DNA from: a virus
Taxonomy: Duplodnaviria > Caudoviricetes
Virus record (IMG/VR): IMGVR_UViG_3300021254_000021
Location: 1 to 64,000 of that record
Strand: one strand, 5' to 3'
Length of the DNA stretch: 64,000 nt
Shown: in pieces, positions 28,504 through 41,600 of the stretch
Position numbering within the stretch: the first letter of the stretch is position 1
How the letters are laid out: each line of letters opens with the position of its first letter
Notes under the pieces: model-generated
What the model saw: the letters and a program-made list of their open reading frames with translations, nothing else
Database searches by the model: none
What the model was told of the DNA's origin: nothing
Position numbers and translations under genes: made by a program

Positions 28504-29226
28504 ATGCCCTTTCCTGAGATGTTAGACAGAGCTTTATGGCTTAATTACATAAAAACCTCTTTAGGTTATCCTGTAGTTAATGTCTATATGAATGATGATA
28601 TGATACAACAACAAATATCCTTTGCCCTAAGAAAAGTACTGCCCTATGTTAATGCAGTAGAGTTTATAGAGGTAGGACGTAAGACTGAGTTCACAGACAG
28701 ACTTATTTATGCAGTCGTTCGTGTTCACCAAATGGGTTATGTGGATGCTGAAACCTCTACCACAGCAGGCACATCCTATTATGATATGCTTATTGCCAGA
28801 TCAATTTATAACCAGTTAGGTGGTACGGATATGTCCCAATACTCTGGATCACAAGGTCTGGTTAATGCCGCTCTTTATAACTATTATTATGAAGAAGTGA
28901 AAGCTACTTTAAATCCAATTGGGTTTAGACTAATCGGCAACACTTTATATGTGGATGATGCTACAGGCGGAACAGGCCCATATACAGCAGAGTGTATAAC
29001 AGACAGGTCAATTAAAAATATGACAGAAGATTACCAGTCATGGGTTTTACGTTATAGCTTGAGCCTCTGCAAGCAAGTTGAAGGTAGAATTTTACGTAAA
29101 GTAAAAGTCTCTGGAAGCCCTGTTGATCAGGATGGTGACTCCCTTCTTCAAGAAGGTGCAACAGAACAGAAAGAATTAGAGGAAAAACTAGGAAATCAGA
29201 TGTCCCTATACTTCTGTACAAGATAA
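28504..29226 (+). CDS. Neck/head-completion protein (T4 gp13-like)
   Basis: YI...LGYPVVNV...D..I...I..AL and Y.L...K...GRI..K....G....DG..L..EG..E..EL. Confidence 0.75.
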   Translation: MPFPEMLDRALWLNYIKTSLGYPVVNVYMNDDMIQQQISFALRKVLPYVNAVEFIEVGRKTEFTDRLIYAVVRVHQMGYVDAETSTTAGTSYYDMLIARSIYNQLGGTDMSQYSGSQGLVNAALYNYYYEEVKATLNPIGFRLIGNTLYVDDATGGTGPYTAECITDRSIKNMTEDYQSWVLRYSLSLCKQVEGRILRKVKVSGSPVDQDGDSLLQEGATEQKELEEKLGNQMSLYFCTR

Positions 29227-29229
29227 TAG

Positions 29230-29303
29230 TTGAAAACTCTTTTTATTCATAGTAAACTCCATTATTAGGTGTTAATTTTAGTGCTTTAATAATGGAGTTT
29301 ACT
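29230..29303 (+). promoter_or_regulatory. sigma70-like promoter overlapped by RBS-occluding 17-bp inverted repeat
   Basis: TTGAAA-N17-TAAACT; arms 29251-29267 and 29287-29303. Confidence 0.65.
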
Positions 29304-29305
29304 TT

Positions 29306-31501
29306 ATGCTAGAAAAGAAGTTCCCACAGTGGTTTATAGACTCCTTGCATTTAGAAAGTGATAAAGAAAAAGCTAGAAATAATGAGCTACATTTAAATGA
29401 TGTATTAGAATTTGAATGCCCTAATGGCCATATTACGAAGTGTAAGCTCTCAAGTAAAATAAAAGTAAAGACAATGAAGTTAAAATCAGCTCTTTGTCCT
29501 GTTTGTAATAAGGTGAGTAAAATAGAGAATTGTAAGAAAACTAAAGCTAATCGTCGGGTTTATCCTCAATGGTTTATAGATGAACTGATTAGAGATGAAG
29601 ATAAAGAGAGAGCTATAGATGGATCTTTACCCTCTACTAAGAGGGTATGTGTTAGGTGTTTAAAATGTGGGTATGAATACGAAACAAAGGTAGGAAATCA
29701 TATTTGTTTAAAAACAATGAAACAGAGGAGAGGGTGTAAAGAGTGTGCCAGAGAAAAACATAGGCAGGACAGATTAAATTATATACAGGATAATTATGAG
29801 AAGGTTTGTGCTTCCAATAAAGTTGCAGTAGAGAAGGCAAAGCTGTATTATAAAGAGCATCCAGAAGCCTTAAAAGAAAGAGGGTTGAATAAATCGAAGT
29901 ATCTTAAAGAACATCCAGAGGTTGTAGAAGAATTTGTGCATAGAATGGGTGCGTGGTGGAAAAGTCATCCAGAGAAAGCTAAAGAAATTAAAGAGAGAAA
30001 TAGAACTCTTAGAAAAGAGCATAGTAAGGGGATAGGTGAAAACATTTCTAAGTCTTTACGTAGAAATCCTGAACTACTAAAGAAAAGAGCATGGTGTTAT
30101 AGAGAACTGTGTAAAACGACAGATTTAAGAGAGCGTCTTAGTGAAGCACAAAAGAAAGTGAATAGAGAGAATCCTGATAGAGCTAAAGAGATAGGAAAGA
30201 AGGTATCGGAATGGTATAAAAATAACCCAGAAAAAGTTAAGGAGAAGGCAAGAAAATTAAGCCTTCATTTACAGTCTAATCCAGATATTAGAAAGAGTAT
30301 TAGTAATAAAATAAAAGAGCATTATAAAAATAAAGAATGGAGAGAGAAGAAAAGAGAGTGTCTTTCTAAGTCTCTTTATAATAAAAGAATACGTAATCTG
30401 ACTGACTCTTTCAAAGAGCAATTATCATCCATTCTTCACCCAGAAGATTATTCTCATCTTCTTTCTGGTGAAGTAAATTCTCTATCCCCTGTTCGTGTTA
30501 AATGCCCAACTTGTGGAGAGTATAGTACACACTTATTATATAACCTTTGTAGTATAACGAATAATAGAATAGATACACCAATTCATTGTGAGACTTGTTT
30601 ACATCAGCTTAATTCCTCGAAACAAGAAAAAGAAATAAGAGACTTCATTCATTCTTTTTATGATGGAAAGGTAGAGGAGAATAATAGAGATATTATTCCA
30701 CCTTATGAACTGGATTTATTCTACCCAGAAAAGAAAATCGCCATAGAATATCATGGTAGCTATTGGCATTCTGACATATATAAAAAGAAAACAACGCATT
30801 ATCAGAAATTCTTTTTGTGTAGAAAGCTCGGCATTCGATTACTTTCAGTGTATAGTCAGGATTGGGAATATAAAAGAGAGAAGGTAGATCAAATCTTACG
30901 TGATTCTTTTTCAAAACCCGAAGTCATATATGCTAGGAAATGTATTGTAAAAGAGATTACTAAGAAAGAAAGAATATCTTTCTTATCCCAATATCACTTT
31001 GATGGTGATTATAACCACTCTAAGTACTCTTATGGGTTATTCTATAAAGATACTCTGTTAGCTGTAATGTCTTTTGGAAAACTAAGAGGAAATAACCATC
31101 TACATAAAAAAGAGCATTATTATGAACTTAAAAGACTAGCCTTTAAGACAGGTTATAAAATAATAGGTGGTGCATCGAAACTGCTGTCTCACTTTATTAA
31201 AGATCACCACCCCAAGTACCTTCTTTCTTACTCCGACAATGATTACTTTACTGGTGATGTTTATCGAACACTAGGCTTCACCCTTGTTTCTTATGGGGAA
31301 AAGTCTATAGACTATCAATGGGTTAAGTACAAGTCTGTCCTTAACAGGTACACTTGTACCGTAGAGACTTTATTAAATAAATATCCAATATATAAGGATA
31401 TTAAGATAGAGGGCTCTATTGAAGATTTCATAATGAGAGATTTAGGATATAATAAAGTGTACCGCTGTGGTAATTCTAAGTGGGAATGGTTCTGTGACTA
31501 A
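29306..31501 (+). CDS. Free-standing homing-endonuclease-like protein (Zn ribbons, DUF559/Vsr-like nuclease, GNAT-like C-terminal domain)
   Basis: YPQWFIDEL repeats, CxxC ribbons, ELDLFYP..KIAIEYHGSYWH, YARKC, GGASKL, SYSD, YRCG..KW. Confidence 0.75.
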   Translation: MLEKKFPQWFIDSLHLESDKEKARNNELHLNDVLEFECPNGHITKCKLSSKIKVKTMKLKSALCPVCNKVSKIENCKKTKANRRVYPQWFIDELIRDEDKERAIDGSLPSTKRVCVRCLKCGYEYETKVGNHICLKTMKQRRGCKECAREKHRQDRLNYIQDNYEKVCASNKVAVEKAKLYYKEHPEALKERGLNKSKYLKEHPEVVEEFVHRMGAWWKSHPEKAKEIKERNRTLRKEHSKGIGENISKSLRRNPELLKKRAWCYRELCKTTDLRERLSEAQKKVNRENPDRAKEIGKKVSEWYKNNPEKVKEKARKLSLHLQSNPDIRKSISNKIKEHYKNKEWREKKRECLSKSLYNKRIRNLTDSFKEQLSSILHPEDYSHLLSGEVNSLSPVRVKCPTCGEYSTHLLYNLCSITNNRIDTPIHCETCLHQLNSSKQEKEIRDFIHSFYDGKVEENNRDIIPPYELDLFYPEKKIAIEYHGSYWHSDIYKKKTTHYQKFFLCRKLGIRLLSVYSQDWEYKREKVDQILRDSFSKPEVIYARKCIVKEITKKERISFLSQYHFDGDYNHSKYSYGLFYKDTLLAVMSFGKLRGNNHLHKKEHYYELKRLAFKTGYKIIGGASKLLSHFIKDHHPKYLLSYSDNDYFTGDVYRTLGFTLVSYGEKSIDYQWVKYKSVLNRYTCTVETLLNKYPIYKDIKIEGSIEDFIMRDLGYNKVYRCGNSKWEWFCD

Positions 31502-31515
31502 GGAGGCTAGATCAA

Positions 31516-33090
31516 ATGACTATAGATGTCCGAGATTATGATCTAGCCACACTGTATAGATTCAAACTATTTTTTGAGAATACTCATTGGAATAACCGAC
31601 CGAACTGTCCAATTACTGAAATAAGAAACAATCATATATACGAGGGTAAAAGAGTAGAGTTCCCTCTGATTGTATTACGTCGTGTAGCCACCCCTATCAT
31701 GTATAAGGATGCACAGAACAGTTGGGCTACTGCTAGGACTGGTGACAGGCGTGGTCGAGATATTTCCATAGCTCCTGATGGTCGCTGTACTTCTGCCGAC
31801 ATGACTATGGTACAGACTAATTATGAGCTACGTTATATGCTTGAGGTGTTCTCCTTTGAGCGTGATAACTTTGATGAGCTTGTCGTAGAGGTACAGGAGA
31901 ATCTTTATCGTTATCCTTATTTAACTTTTGAAAACTGGAAAGACCAAGATCTTAGAATGCCCGATCCTCAAGTATCTGGTATGTCCACTAACATTACTTG
32001 GGAATCAACAGAGGATAACACTGATTTAGAGTCTTTTGATTCGCAGACACCTTTTTATAGGGCTACAATTACCTTTACTCTTAGGGCTTATATTTATAGG
32101 AAGTATGCCGCCTTATTGCTTGAGGAAGTGATAAGTGGGTATAGGATTCTTGACTATAACAAGGTTACACAACAGGTCGTAGATTCTGATTATCCCGATT
32201 TTCCACCAGAACCAGATCCACCTTATCCGCCACCTGGTCCTGATCCGGAACCTACAGGAACTAAATTAACTACGGATAATGTTGCTGTCTTAAACGGCAT
32301 AGCGTCCATAGGTTTGTTCCAGTATTCCGAAGCAGGAGAGATGAAGTCGTATGGTGCAGAGGTTGATGGTAAATACCTTAAACCCATAAGTCTCAACTTC
32401 ACTAATGGTGGAGCATTCTCTTACACCCACTACGATAAAGTTAATTTAACTGGTAAGTGGAAACTCTTATCTGTAGCCAAAGCCCGTACAGCCGTGCAAC
32501 CCTGTATCGTGTTTGCGATTAAGGTAGCGGATAAGTTTACTGATTCTGATACAGAGGATTCTAGCACAGGGAATACTCAAGGTTCTAACACACAGGATTC
32601 CTCTGATACTCAGCCCGATAATACTCAATCTGACAACACAGATGTTGGATCTTCTACGGATGATTCCCAGACTATTATCTCAGACGATTCCTTAAACTTT
32701 GGATCAATAAAGCCTTCTCTGTCCGATGAAACAGAGAATAGTGATTCGCAGTTAGATAATCCCCAATCAGAGGTAGAAAATACAGAGACAGAGGATACGG
32801 AAAGTCCGATTAAATTAGGTTATTTTAATTTAAGTCATACAGATCAAGAACTTAGCTTAAACATCCTTATTTCTGATGAGAATCAGTACATTTATTACGA
32901 TTCAGAGAAGGTCTATACTATAGTCTCTTTAAGAAACTATGATGATGATGAGTTAGACATAGAAGGGGTAGAGTTAGTTAATAATGAAGGGAAGTTGGCG
33001 GTTAATACGCATGGAGTTAATTTAAGTGCTTGTGTATTAACTTACTTAGAGAATATCGGCGTTCATACTACGGAAATATTGTCTATCTAA
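31516..33090 (+). CDS. Tail completion/terminator-like protein (gp15-like) with C-terminal appended domains
   Basis: Y.L.Y.L.VFS.....DE...Q and TF.L.AY.Y pattern; Pro-rich linker; SIGLF.YSE domain shared with the 33122 ORF. Confidence 0.55.
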   Translation: MTIDVRDYDLATLYRFKLFFENTHWNNRPNCPITEIRNNHIYEGKRVEFPLIVLRRVATPIMYKDAQNSWATARTGDRRGRDISIAPDGRCTSADMTMVQTNYELRYMLEVFSFERDNFDELVVEVQENLYRYPYLTFENWKDQDLRMPDPQVSGMSTNITWESTEDNTDLESFDSQTPFYRATITFTLRAYIYRKYAALLLEEVISGYRILDYNKVTQQVVDSDYPDFPPEPDPPYPPPGPDPEPTGTKLTTDNVAVLNGIASIGLFQYSEAGEMKSYGAEVDGKYLKPISLNFTNGGAFSYTHYDKVNLTGKWKLLSVAKARTAVQPCIVFAIKVADKFTDSDTEDSSTGNTQGSNTQDSSDTQPDNTQSDNTDVGSSTDDSQTIISDDSLNFGSIKPSLSDETENSDSQLDNPQSEVENTETEDTESPIKLGYFNLSHTDQELSLNILISDENQYIYYDSEKVYTIVSLRNYDDDELDIEGVELVNNEGKLAVNTHGVNLSACVLTYLENIGVHTTEILSI

Positions 33091-33121
33091 AGACTAGAAA
33101 TACTCTATATAGGAGGGGTTT

Positions 33122-35554
33122 ATGATAAGATTTAATGTTACTACAGCGGGACAGACAGCACTTGATGGTGCTACTGCTGGCTCATCTCCTGTAATAATTG
33201 ATGCAGTATCTTTATATGGTGGAGCAACAGGCACATCCAGTATTAAGACCATATCCGAGGTATTTGGTAGCTCATATAAGGATGATACAGGGATTGGCCC
33301 TTATTGTAAAATTTCTTTTGAGGATAATTCTGATTCTTCTTACACCATCACCATGCTTGTTTTAAAGTCTGGTAGTACGGAGATAGCTAAGTCAGAGTTA
33401 ATCTCGGTAACAAAAGCCTCTAATAAAGGTTTGCAGTTAGAGGTTTCTTGTCAGTTTACAGGAGCAGAGAAATGTTCCTTTAATACCATTAAAGTAGCTC
33501 TGCCTCACTCCACACAATTCCGTGAGGGTGTCATTCGTATAGCTCGTCCTACAGGTGAGACAAATAAAGACTTTACTGTCTATAATGCAACTCAAATCGA
33601 CACTATTGTTTCGGACATAGAGACGATCACAGATGGTCTTATTCCTTGGGACACTAATTCTGGATCACCAGTAGAGGGCTCTACCACATTAGAGACACTT
33701 AATATTGTCAATGATTACTCAACCCCTACCCAGACAGTTACGGTAGAAATTTCGGGTAGTGCAAGTGGTGGTGTTTCCAGTCTATCCGTTGGTGGTTATA
33801 TCACAGGTACAGCGGTTGAAACAACACCACACTATTCAGGTGCTATTAGTGCTTCTACTGTTTCCGATACAGCTAAATTAGTTAATGGGACATACATAAG
33901 TAACATTTATTTAAATGAGATTCAGACAGGTACAGAGACAGATATTGCTCGAAAACTCGTCACTTCTCATGCAGTCAGAGCTTATGTAGAGGGACAGGTT
34001 TCCACAATCAATAATGCAGTTGTGCATAAAGCGGGAGCAGAGACGATTGATGGCCCAAAGACCTTTACAGGTGGTATTGTAGCCAATTCCACAATTTCTG
34101 GTTCTGGTATTCAAAGCTCTACGTCCAATTGGGATGCCTCTGGTAATGCAAGCAAATTACCTACTGTGGATGTCGTTAGTACGGCTATAAAAGCGGGTGA
34201 TGAAGCTGTTACGGTAGCTTTCCAACAGGCCGATGCAGGTTTACAGGAACAGATTGATGGAATCAATGCAGGTCAGAATTTAGCAGATATTATAAACAGT
34301 CGCGGTGATGATAATACACAACAGCGCCATGATGATTTAGCTCTCTTGGATGCCTCTAATTTAAATGCAGGGGACAAAGTTCAAGTCCTGCATGATAAAA
34401 CTAAGACGGACGGAACTATTGATACTACACAAGGTTTTGATGGTGTCTCTACTGTTTATACCTTAAAGCAAGTAACCTCTGGACATCCTGCACCGAATAC
34501 ACGGGAAGTTGCGGCTTTAAATAAGTCTGGTTATTATTGGGAGTATGTTGGTCAGTATGGTTGTGACTCTTATACCAAATCACAGTCAGATGATAAGTAT
34601 GTCATTAAAGACAACTTAGATCAATCTATTGCTTCAACTTCTTCAACAACTAATGCACCTTCTACCAAAGCGGTTTATGATGCCTTAGAAGATTTATCAG
34701 ATACTGTAGAAGGTAATTATGTAAAATTAGTATCTGAGTCTGTACAGACAATAGAATCAGAATTAATCCTTGATACAGGATTTAACAGGGTTTCTTTAAC
34801 AGATAGTACATTTGCTTCTGATAGTTATTATGATTTAATTGCTGGAAATACATCTGGTAGTACTTTTGTTAAAGTTAAATTAGAATCTACTTATGGTCAT
34901 TTCGTTGTTTATTTGGGTAGTAGTGATAAGGCTTTTTCTATTGAAAGTTCTGGTGGTACTCCTAATGTTATAGGTACGCATGTAGCTAGTTATCAGGATG
35001 CTACTCATGGTGGAACTTTTACGGATGGTCGTCTTGTAACGGTAGATTATTTGAATGCCTTTACAGGAGACATGGGTGCTTATGCTAAGTTAAGTGCAGA
35101 AAATAACTTTGAAGGAAATATAAATACCTTTAAGGGTGTTTCTGCCACATCTTATACTGGTACAGGAGTTTACAGTTCTTATTCTTCTGGTTCTGATACA
35201 GGTGGATGGGATAATTCAGGTAGTAATTCAAAACTACCAACAGTAGCTTCAGTTAGATCCGCAATTACGGATGCAAAGAATGCTGTTTTAAACACCATTT
35301 CCTCTTCCGATACTATAGGTTCAATTGGTTTATTCATTTATTCAGAGGTTGGTGTGGAAAAAGGGTATGGTGATACCGTGGACGGACAATTTTTAAAAGC
35401 CGCCGCTATTTCGTTACCAATGTCAGGTCAAATTTCGTATAAAGCAGTAGGTCTTCCTATGTCGGGTACATGGACATTGTTATCTGGTGCTTTCAAGAGA
35501 ACAACAGCTACAGAGCCTTGCTTGGTATTGGCACAAAAGATTAGCACACAGTGA
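33122..35554 (+). CDS. Tail fibre protein
   Basis: VHKAGAETIDGPKTF and APSTKAVYD fibre motifs; G/S/T-rich. Confidence 0.75.
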   Translation: MIRFNVTTAGQTALDGATAGSSPVIIDAVSLYGGATGTSSIKTISEVFGSSYKDDTGIGPYCKISFEDNSDSSYTITMLVLKSGSTEIAKSELISVTKASNKGLQLEVSCQFTGAEKCSFNTIKVALPHSTQFREGVIRIARPTGETNKDFTVYNATQIDTIVSDIETITDGLIPWDTNSGSPVEGSTTLETLNIVNDYSTPTQTVTVEISGSASGGVSSLSVGGYITGTAVETTPHYSGAISASTVSDTAKLVNGTYISNIYLNEIQTGTETDIARKLVTSHAVRAYVEGQVSTINNAVVHKAGAETIDGPKTFTGGIVANSTISGSGIQSSTSNWDASGNASKLPTVDVVSTAIKAGDEAVTVAFQQADAGLQEQIDGINAGQNLADIINSRGDDNTQQRHDDLALLDASNLNAGDKVQVLHDKTKTDGTIDTTQGFDGVSTVYTLKQVTSGHPAPNTREVAALNKSGYYWEYVGQYGCDSYTKSQSDDKYVIKDNLDQSIASTSSTTNAPSTKAVYDALEDLSDTVEGNYVKLVSESVQTIESELILDTGFNRVSLTDSTFASDSYYDLIAGNTSGSTFVKVKLESTYGHFVVYLGSSDKAFSIESSGGTPNVIGTHVASYQDATHGGTFTDGRLVTVDYLNAFTGDMGAYAKLSAENNFEGNINTFKGVSATSYTGTGVYSSYSSGSDTGGWDNSGSNSKLPTVASVRSAITDAKNAVLNTISSSDTIGSIGLFIYSEVGVEKGYGDTVDGQFLKAAAISLPMSGQISYKAVGLPMSGTWTLLSGAFKRTTATEPCLVLAQKISTQ

Positions 35555-35638
35555 TAATAAGTTGCTTAACACTTTGTACTATCGAATAGGAAAGGCTAAC
35601 CACCTTTCCTATTTTTGTATTATCTCTAGGAGAAATAT

Positions 35639-38600
35639 ATGTTTCAAGTTGAACTTACATCTTATGGTCAAACACAGATTTCAGCTCAAGTTATTATAGA
35701 GGGTACAATCCTCTTATTAGATCAAATAGACAATATTTCTTCTTTAACAAGCATATCCTCTTATTCTACGGTTTATGATGATGAGGCTGTTGGTAATATA
35801 AAGGGGAGTTTAGGTAATGTCCGAATACTGGACTTGGGTAATACATCCTATCAGGCAAAGACTATTCTTTTCTATAAAACTGTAAACAATGAGAAGAAGA
35901 TTTTGGGAGGTTACTCTCAAGGTACACCACTTATTCAGAAGGTAAATCAACAGTTAAATCTTTTTCTCTCTTTTGATTTCTCAGCGTTTACTCATGGTTT
36001 TTTATTTTCCTCTATTCAAGCAGGGTTTTCCACAGCCACTCATAATACAGATGGTCTTGTGCATATAGAAGATCCAGATATTGAATCAGATAACCAATAC
36101 TCTGTATATTCAAAACCACAGGTAGATGCTCTTTTACTAAGAAATGATACAGAGTTAATTTTAGGTACACAGGCCGCCGCAACAGCTAACTGGACAGGTG
36201 TGACTAAAAGAAATGCACTTTATGTAGGAATGCAGATAAACTACTTCCTTCCTTTTGCTAGCGCCGCAGGATCTAATTTAACTTTAACTCTAGCTAATAA
36301 TACCACAACTGATGCTATTCCTGTTTACTTTAGAGGAGCAACAGTAGTAAGTACACATTTCCCTGTAGGTAGTTTGATTCAGCTAACCTATATGGAAAAT
36401 GTAACTATTGGATCAACTACTATTACTAAAGGGTGGTTTGCTGATTCTGATTATATTGATGGTAACACAACAACTTATATTTCCACATCACAACCTTTAA
36501 AAGCAGGAACTAACGGTATTTATGGTAGATGTCTTGTAATGCGCACAGGTGTAGATACATGGGAATCTATCATGTTGTCTTATTCAAACAAAGTCGCGAA
36601 CCATGTTTTAAATACAAGTGGTTTTTATCCAGATGTAATTTATTATACTTCAGGAACTACTAAAGTAAATTCTGGGTCTAACACTACCGCAACACACTAT
36701 AATATTTATAATACCTTATCATATACAAATTACTTTGCAGATGTAACAACTACACCTTTAGTTGTAGGTAAACCTTTTTATTTTGTTGGTACATTCCATA
36801 ATGATGGAAAGTTCTATTTTAACAATCCTAATTATTATGCACAAGAAGTTACAACAGATGATATTTATGTTCTAGTTGGTATAGCTTATTCAGCTACAAC
36901 AATTTCATTATTACCAGAACATCCTATGTACACCTTAAAAGATGGTGTAGTTACTCAAATAACACATCAGTCTTTTGTAAATTCTGAAAAAATAGATGGT
37001 TTAGAAAACTCAATACCAACAAACACCTCTGATTTAAATAATGATAGTGGATTTATTACTAGTTCAGATATACCAACGAATGTTAGTGCTTTTAATAATG
37101 ATGCGGGCTATCTTACCTCATACACAGAAACAGATCCTACTGTACCTAGTTGGGCTAAACAACCAAGTAAACCAACTTATACAGCTAGTGAAGTGGGGGC
37201 TTTACCAGACAGCACAGTTATTCCTACTGTCTATGATGCTACTTTAACCATTAAGAAGAATAGCTCTGATAATGGTGATACCTTTACTGCCAATGCTTCA
37301 CAGAATAAAACAATAAATTTAGATTTAGCTACGGTAGCTACCTCTGGTAGCTATAATGATTTAAGTAATAAACCCACAATACCTACAAAGACATCAGAAC
37401 TTACGAATGATGCAGAGTTTATTACAGCAGAGGATATACCATCAGACATTTCTGCTTTTAACAATGATGTGGGTTATCTTACATCCTATACAGAGACAGA
37501 CCCCACTGTTCCTGCATGGGCTAAAGAACAAAATAAGCCTAGTTATACATTAGATGAGGTTACAGATGGTTCAACCCGTAAACTTTCAGATTATGTCCCT
37601 ACAACACGTAAGGTAAATAATAAGGCTTTGTCAGCAGACATCACACTTAATTTAGATGATGTCGCAGACGGCTCAAACCGTAAACTTTCAAACTATGTTC
37701 CTTATGGAGAAATATTCTCTACGATAAACGGGTTTGATAATAGAAGACAATGGTTGTTCGAGGTGCATAATGTTCTTTGGGCGGCAACTCAAAGATATGA
37801 TGTTACCATGTCAGGGTTTTCCACAGGTGCTACCACTACGTTCTTTGACGGTTCTTTTGAAACACAATGTAAAGTAACCGCAGGTAATACAGGTGTTATT
37901 ACCATTGCAGGAAAGAATGGGACAAAAATGTTTGATGGTGGTTATCCCTATGGTTATTTAGAGGTAGCCTTTTATTATACGAGTATTCCAGAATCCGTTT
38001 CGTGTAGAGTGTACTCTGACTGGTCACAGAATCCCGGGTGGCATTTATTTACATTAACTAACGTATGTAAATATAACAACCAAGCTCTGTATAGAGGTCA
38101 AAACACAGGATTCTATGGTGTTACTCAAATGGAGATTACCGTAGTAGCCAAAGCAGGGAATGATGCCTCTGTCACAGAAATAGCTTTTTACCAAACCCGT
38201 GGCACACTTCAACAGCTCGCAGTCTTTAATAAAGGGATAGCACAGACTCTTTATTATAACCTAACAGGCCCAAAGTTTATTGTTACTGGTGGTACATCTA
38301 ATCAGTTTATGAAGGCGGACGGGTCTTTGGACTCGAACACTTATTTAACTTCCAGTGCTTTAGCTCCTTATGAGTTGTCTGCTAATTTAAAGGAAGGCGC
38401 TTATGTTGATGTAGATGAAACAACAATGACTTCTACATCGGGCAATCTTCCTACTGGTAAAGCGGTAGCCTCTTATATTTCAGGGTTAAATTATGCTACT
38501 GTCTCTCAAATACCCACTAATGTTTCACAGTTAGCTAATGATGTTCCTTATTTAACACAACACCAGTCCATTAAGACGATAAACAATAATTCCTTAGTGG

Positions 38601-41600
38601 GTACAGGAAATGTTCAGTTAGACTTAGGTGATCACAATGTTATTGAGAGTATTTCCGTAGATGGGGATGCACAGACAATAACAAACAAGAATGTGGATTT
38701 ACACATTCCAGACGATATTGTTTCCATAGAGACTATTGGCTCTTTTTATAGAAACAATGTTTCGGGTACAGGGTCAATCTCTAAACCTGTGGCTAACTGT
38801 TATGGTCAATTCCCAACCATTTCCGTAGCAGGGACATATAGTGTCAGAGTAAGAATGTATTCCTCTACATCCACTTACACACTGAATGTCACCTTTGGTA
38901 CAAACTCTTATTCCTTAACATCTTCAAGTGGTATTATAGATGATACTCGTACACTTACTTTAGCTAGTGGAGCTGTATGGAATGGAACACTTCCCGGCTC
39001 GGTAGCTTCTAATACTGTTATCCGTGTACACGTTTATAAAACAGGGGTGGTTATCAATACCGTTGGTGTAGCGGCTGTAAGTAATGATTACAATGATTTG
39101 GATAATATTCCAACTATTCCAACAGCTACATCTCAACTTACTAATGATAGTGGTTATTTAACACAGCACCAATCTTTAGCAGGAGTAGTAGCAACAGCAC
39201 AGTATAACTCTACGAATAAAACAATAGAGTTTTATAACTCGTCAGGGACAAAATTAAATACTGATATTGACGCTACTGCCTTTATTAAAGACGGTATGGT
39301 GGATAATGTAGAGGTATCTAATGGGAAACTGATTATTTCCTTTAATACCGATGCGGGTAAAGAGGATATAGAGATTCCTATATCTGATATTTTCGATGCT
39401 TCTAACTATTACACCAAGACAGAAACAGATTCAGAGATTAGTGGAGCTATAACAGCTTTAAATCTTGGTACAGCTTCTACTAAGAACTATTCTACTGATA
39501 TGAATACATCGGCTAATTTGCCCACCACATCTGCAATTACTACTTATATTTCTAATCAGAACTTTGCTACCACATCACAAATTCCTACTAAGATTTCAGA
39601 TTTAACAGATGATGTAAACTATGCCACTCAAAGTGATCTTTCTGGTTATGTACAGAAAATTTCATCCTCTACGGATAATGCCATTGTTCGTTTTGATGGT
39701 ACATCTGGTGCAGTACAGAACAGTGGTGTTACCATAGATGATTCAAACAATCTTTTAATTCCTTTAGGTAGTTCAGGTACATTCTCACAGAATGCTAAAT
39801 TGGTTATTGGTAATGCGTGGTTTGGATCAAATACCACAGGTGGTTTGGCTTATGGTGTTAAGTCAGGTTCTACCTATACAGGTTATTACACTTTTGAGAG
39901 TACAGCATTTAGACCTGTATCAACCAGTGATAATGCAATAGACATAGGTACATCCAGTTATCGTTGGAAAGATCTCTATATTGCAGGAAAGATTTGTAAG
40001 AATGGTACATATAAAATTACCGTACCTAGTGCTACTGGCACTATGGCTTTAACTTCGGATATTCCTACGAATGTCTCTCAATTAACCAATGATGCAAACT
40101 ATATTACCTTATCCAGTGTACCTACGAATGTCTCTCAATTAAATAATGACGCCAATTACATTAGTACGGAAACAGACCCAACTGTACCATCGTGGGCTAA
40201 ACAACCAAGTAAACCAACTTATACAGCCAGTGAGGTAGGCGCACTTCCTTCCAACACATTTATTCCCGCTAATACCTCTGATTTAAATAATGATGCAGGG
40301 TTCATAACAACTAGTGATTTATCACCTTATGAGTTATCTGCAAATTTAAAAGAGGGGGCTTATGTGGATGTAGATGAGAACACGACGACTGCATCCTCTA
40401 CAAACCTTACTACAGGTAAATCTATGGCGGCGTATGTGTCGTCACAGAACTTTGCTAAAGTATCACAGTTACCTACTGTTAATAATGCTACTTTAACTAT
40501 TCAGAAGAATGGAACAACCGTAAATACTTTTACGGCAAATGCCTCATCACCTGTTACAGCTAATATTACCGTTCCAACAACCGTAGCGGAATTAACAGAT
40601 GCAAGTAATTACGTAACGGAAAATGATTTAGAGACAACCGTACAGGATTATTTAGAAGATCATCAGAATGTTATAGTAGCAGGAAACAATATTACTATAA
40701 CATCTAGCTCAAGTGTTTTACCTACAGGTTATTCACAAGTAGAGTATATTCAAAGTAATGGGTCTTCTTACTTAGACACAGGATTAGCTCCAACAGATAC
40801 TACTAAAATAATTGTAGACATCTTTAATAATTCTACGGGCTCTTTCTATGTTATTGGTGCAAGAGCTTCATCTAGCTCTACCATTATTCTTGCTCAATCA
40901 GGTAGTTCTACTGGTGCAGTCCTTTCAGGTACATTTAATGGTACATCTATAACTGCAAAGACAGGAAGTACAAATTGGTCAAGAACGTCATTAGGACAGA
41001 GATACGTAATTACCTTAGAGACAAACAATGGAACAGGCTTTTATGAAATAGAGGATTTAACGAATGATAGAGAGTTTAGTGCTTCTATTTCTTACTCTAC
41101 CATAGGTACGGTCTCTACACATATTCTACTGTGTGCTTTTAATTCCTCTAATGTCTTGGGTGGAACTACGCGGGTTTATAGGTGTGAGATTTATAGAGAT
41201 GATGTTTTAGCTTTCCAAGGTATTCCTTGTTATAGAAATTCGGACGGTAGATATGGTCTTTATGATACCGTATCCGATACCTTTATTACATCCTCATCTT
41301 CTACACAGTTTACAGGTAGTACGGAGATAAATGATGTCTTAACCATTTCCTCTAAGGATGAAAAGGCACAGTGGGGTAAAATTACAGGTACACTGTCTAA
41401 TCAGATAGATTTAAATACTGCTCTAGGTCTAAAGGCTAACTCTGCTGATTTAGCTACGGTAGCAACCAGTGGTAATTATAATGACCTTACAAATAAGCCG
41501 ACTATTCCAACGGTTAATAATGCTAAATTAACAATTAAAAAGAATAGCTCTGATACAGGAACGGAGTTTACGGCTAATGCTTCATCCCCAGTTACTTGCA

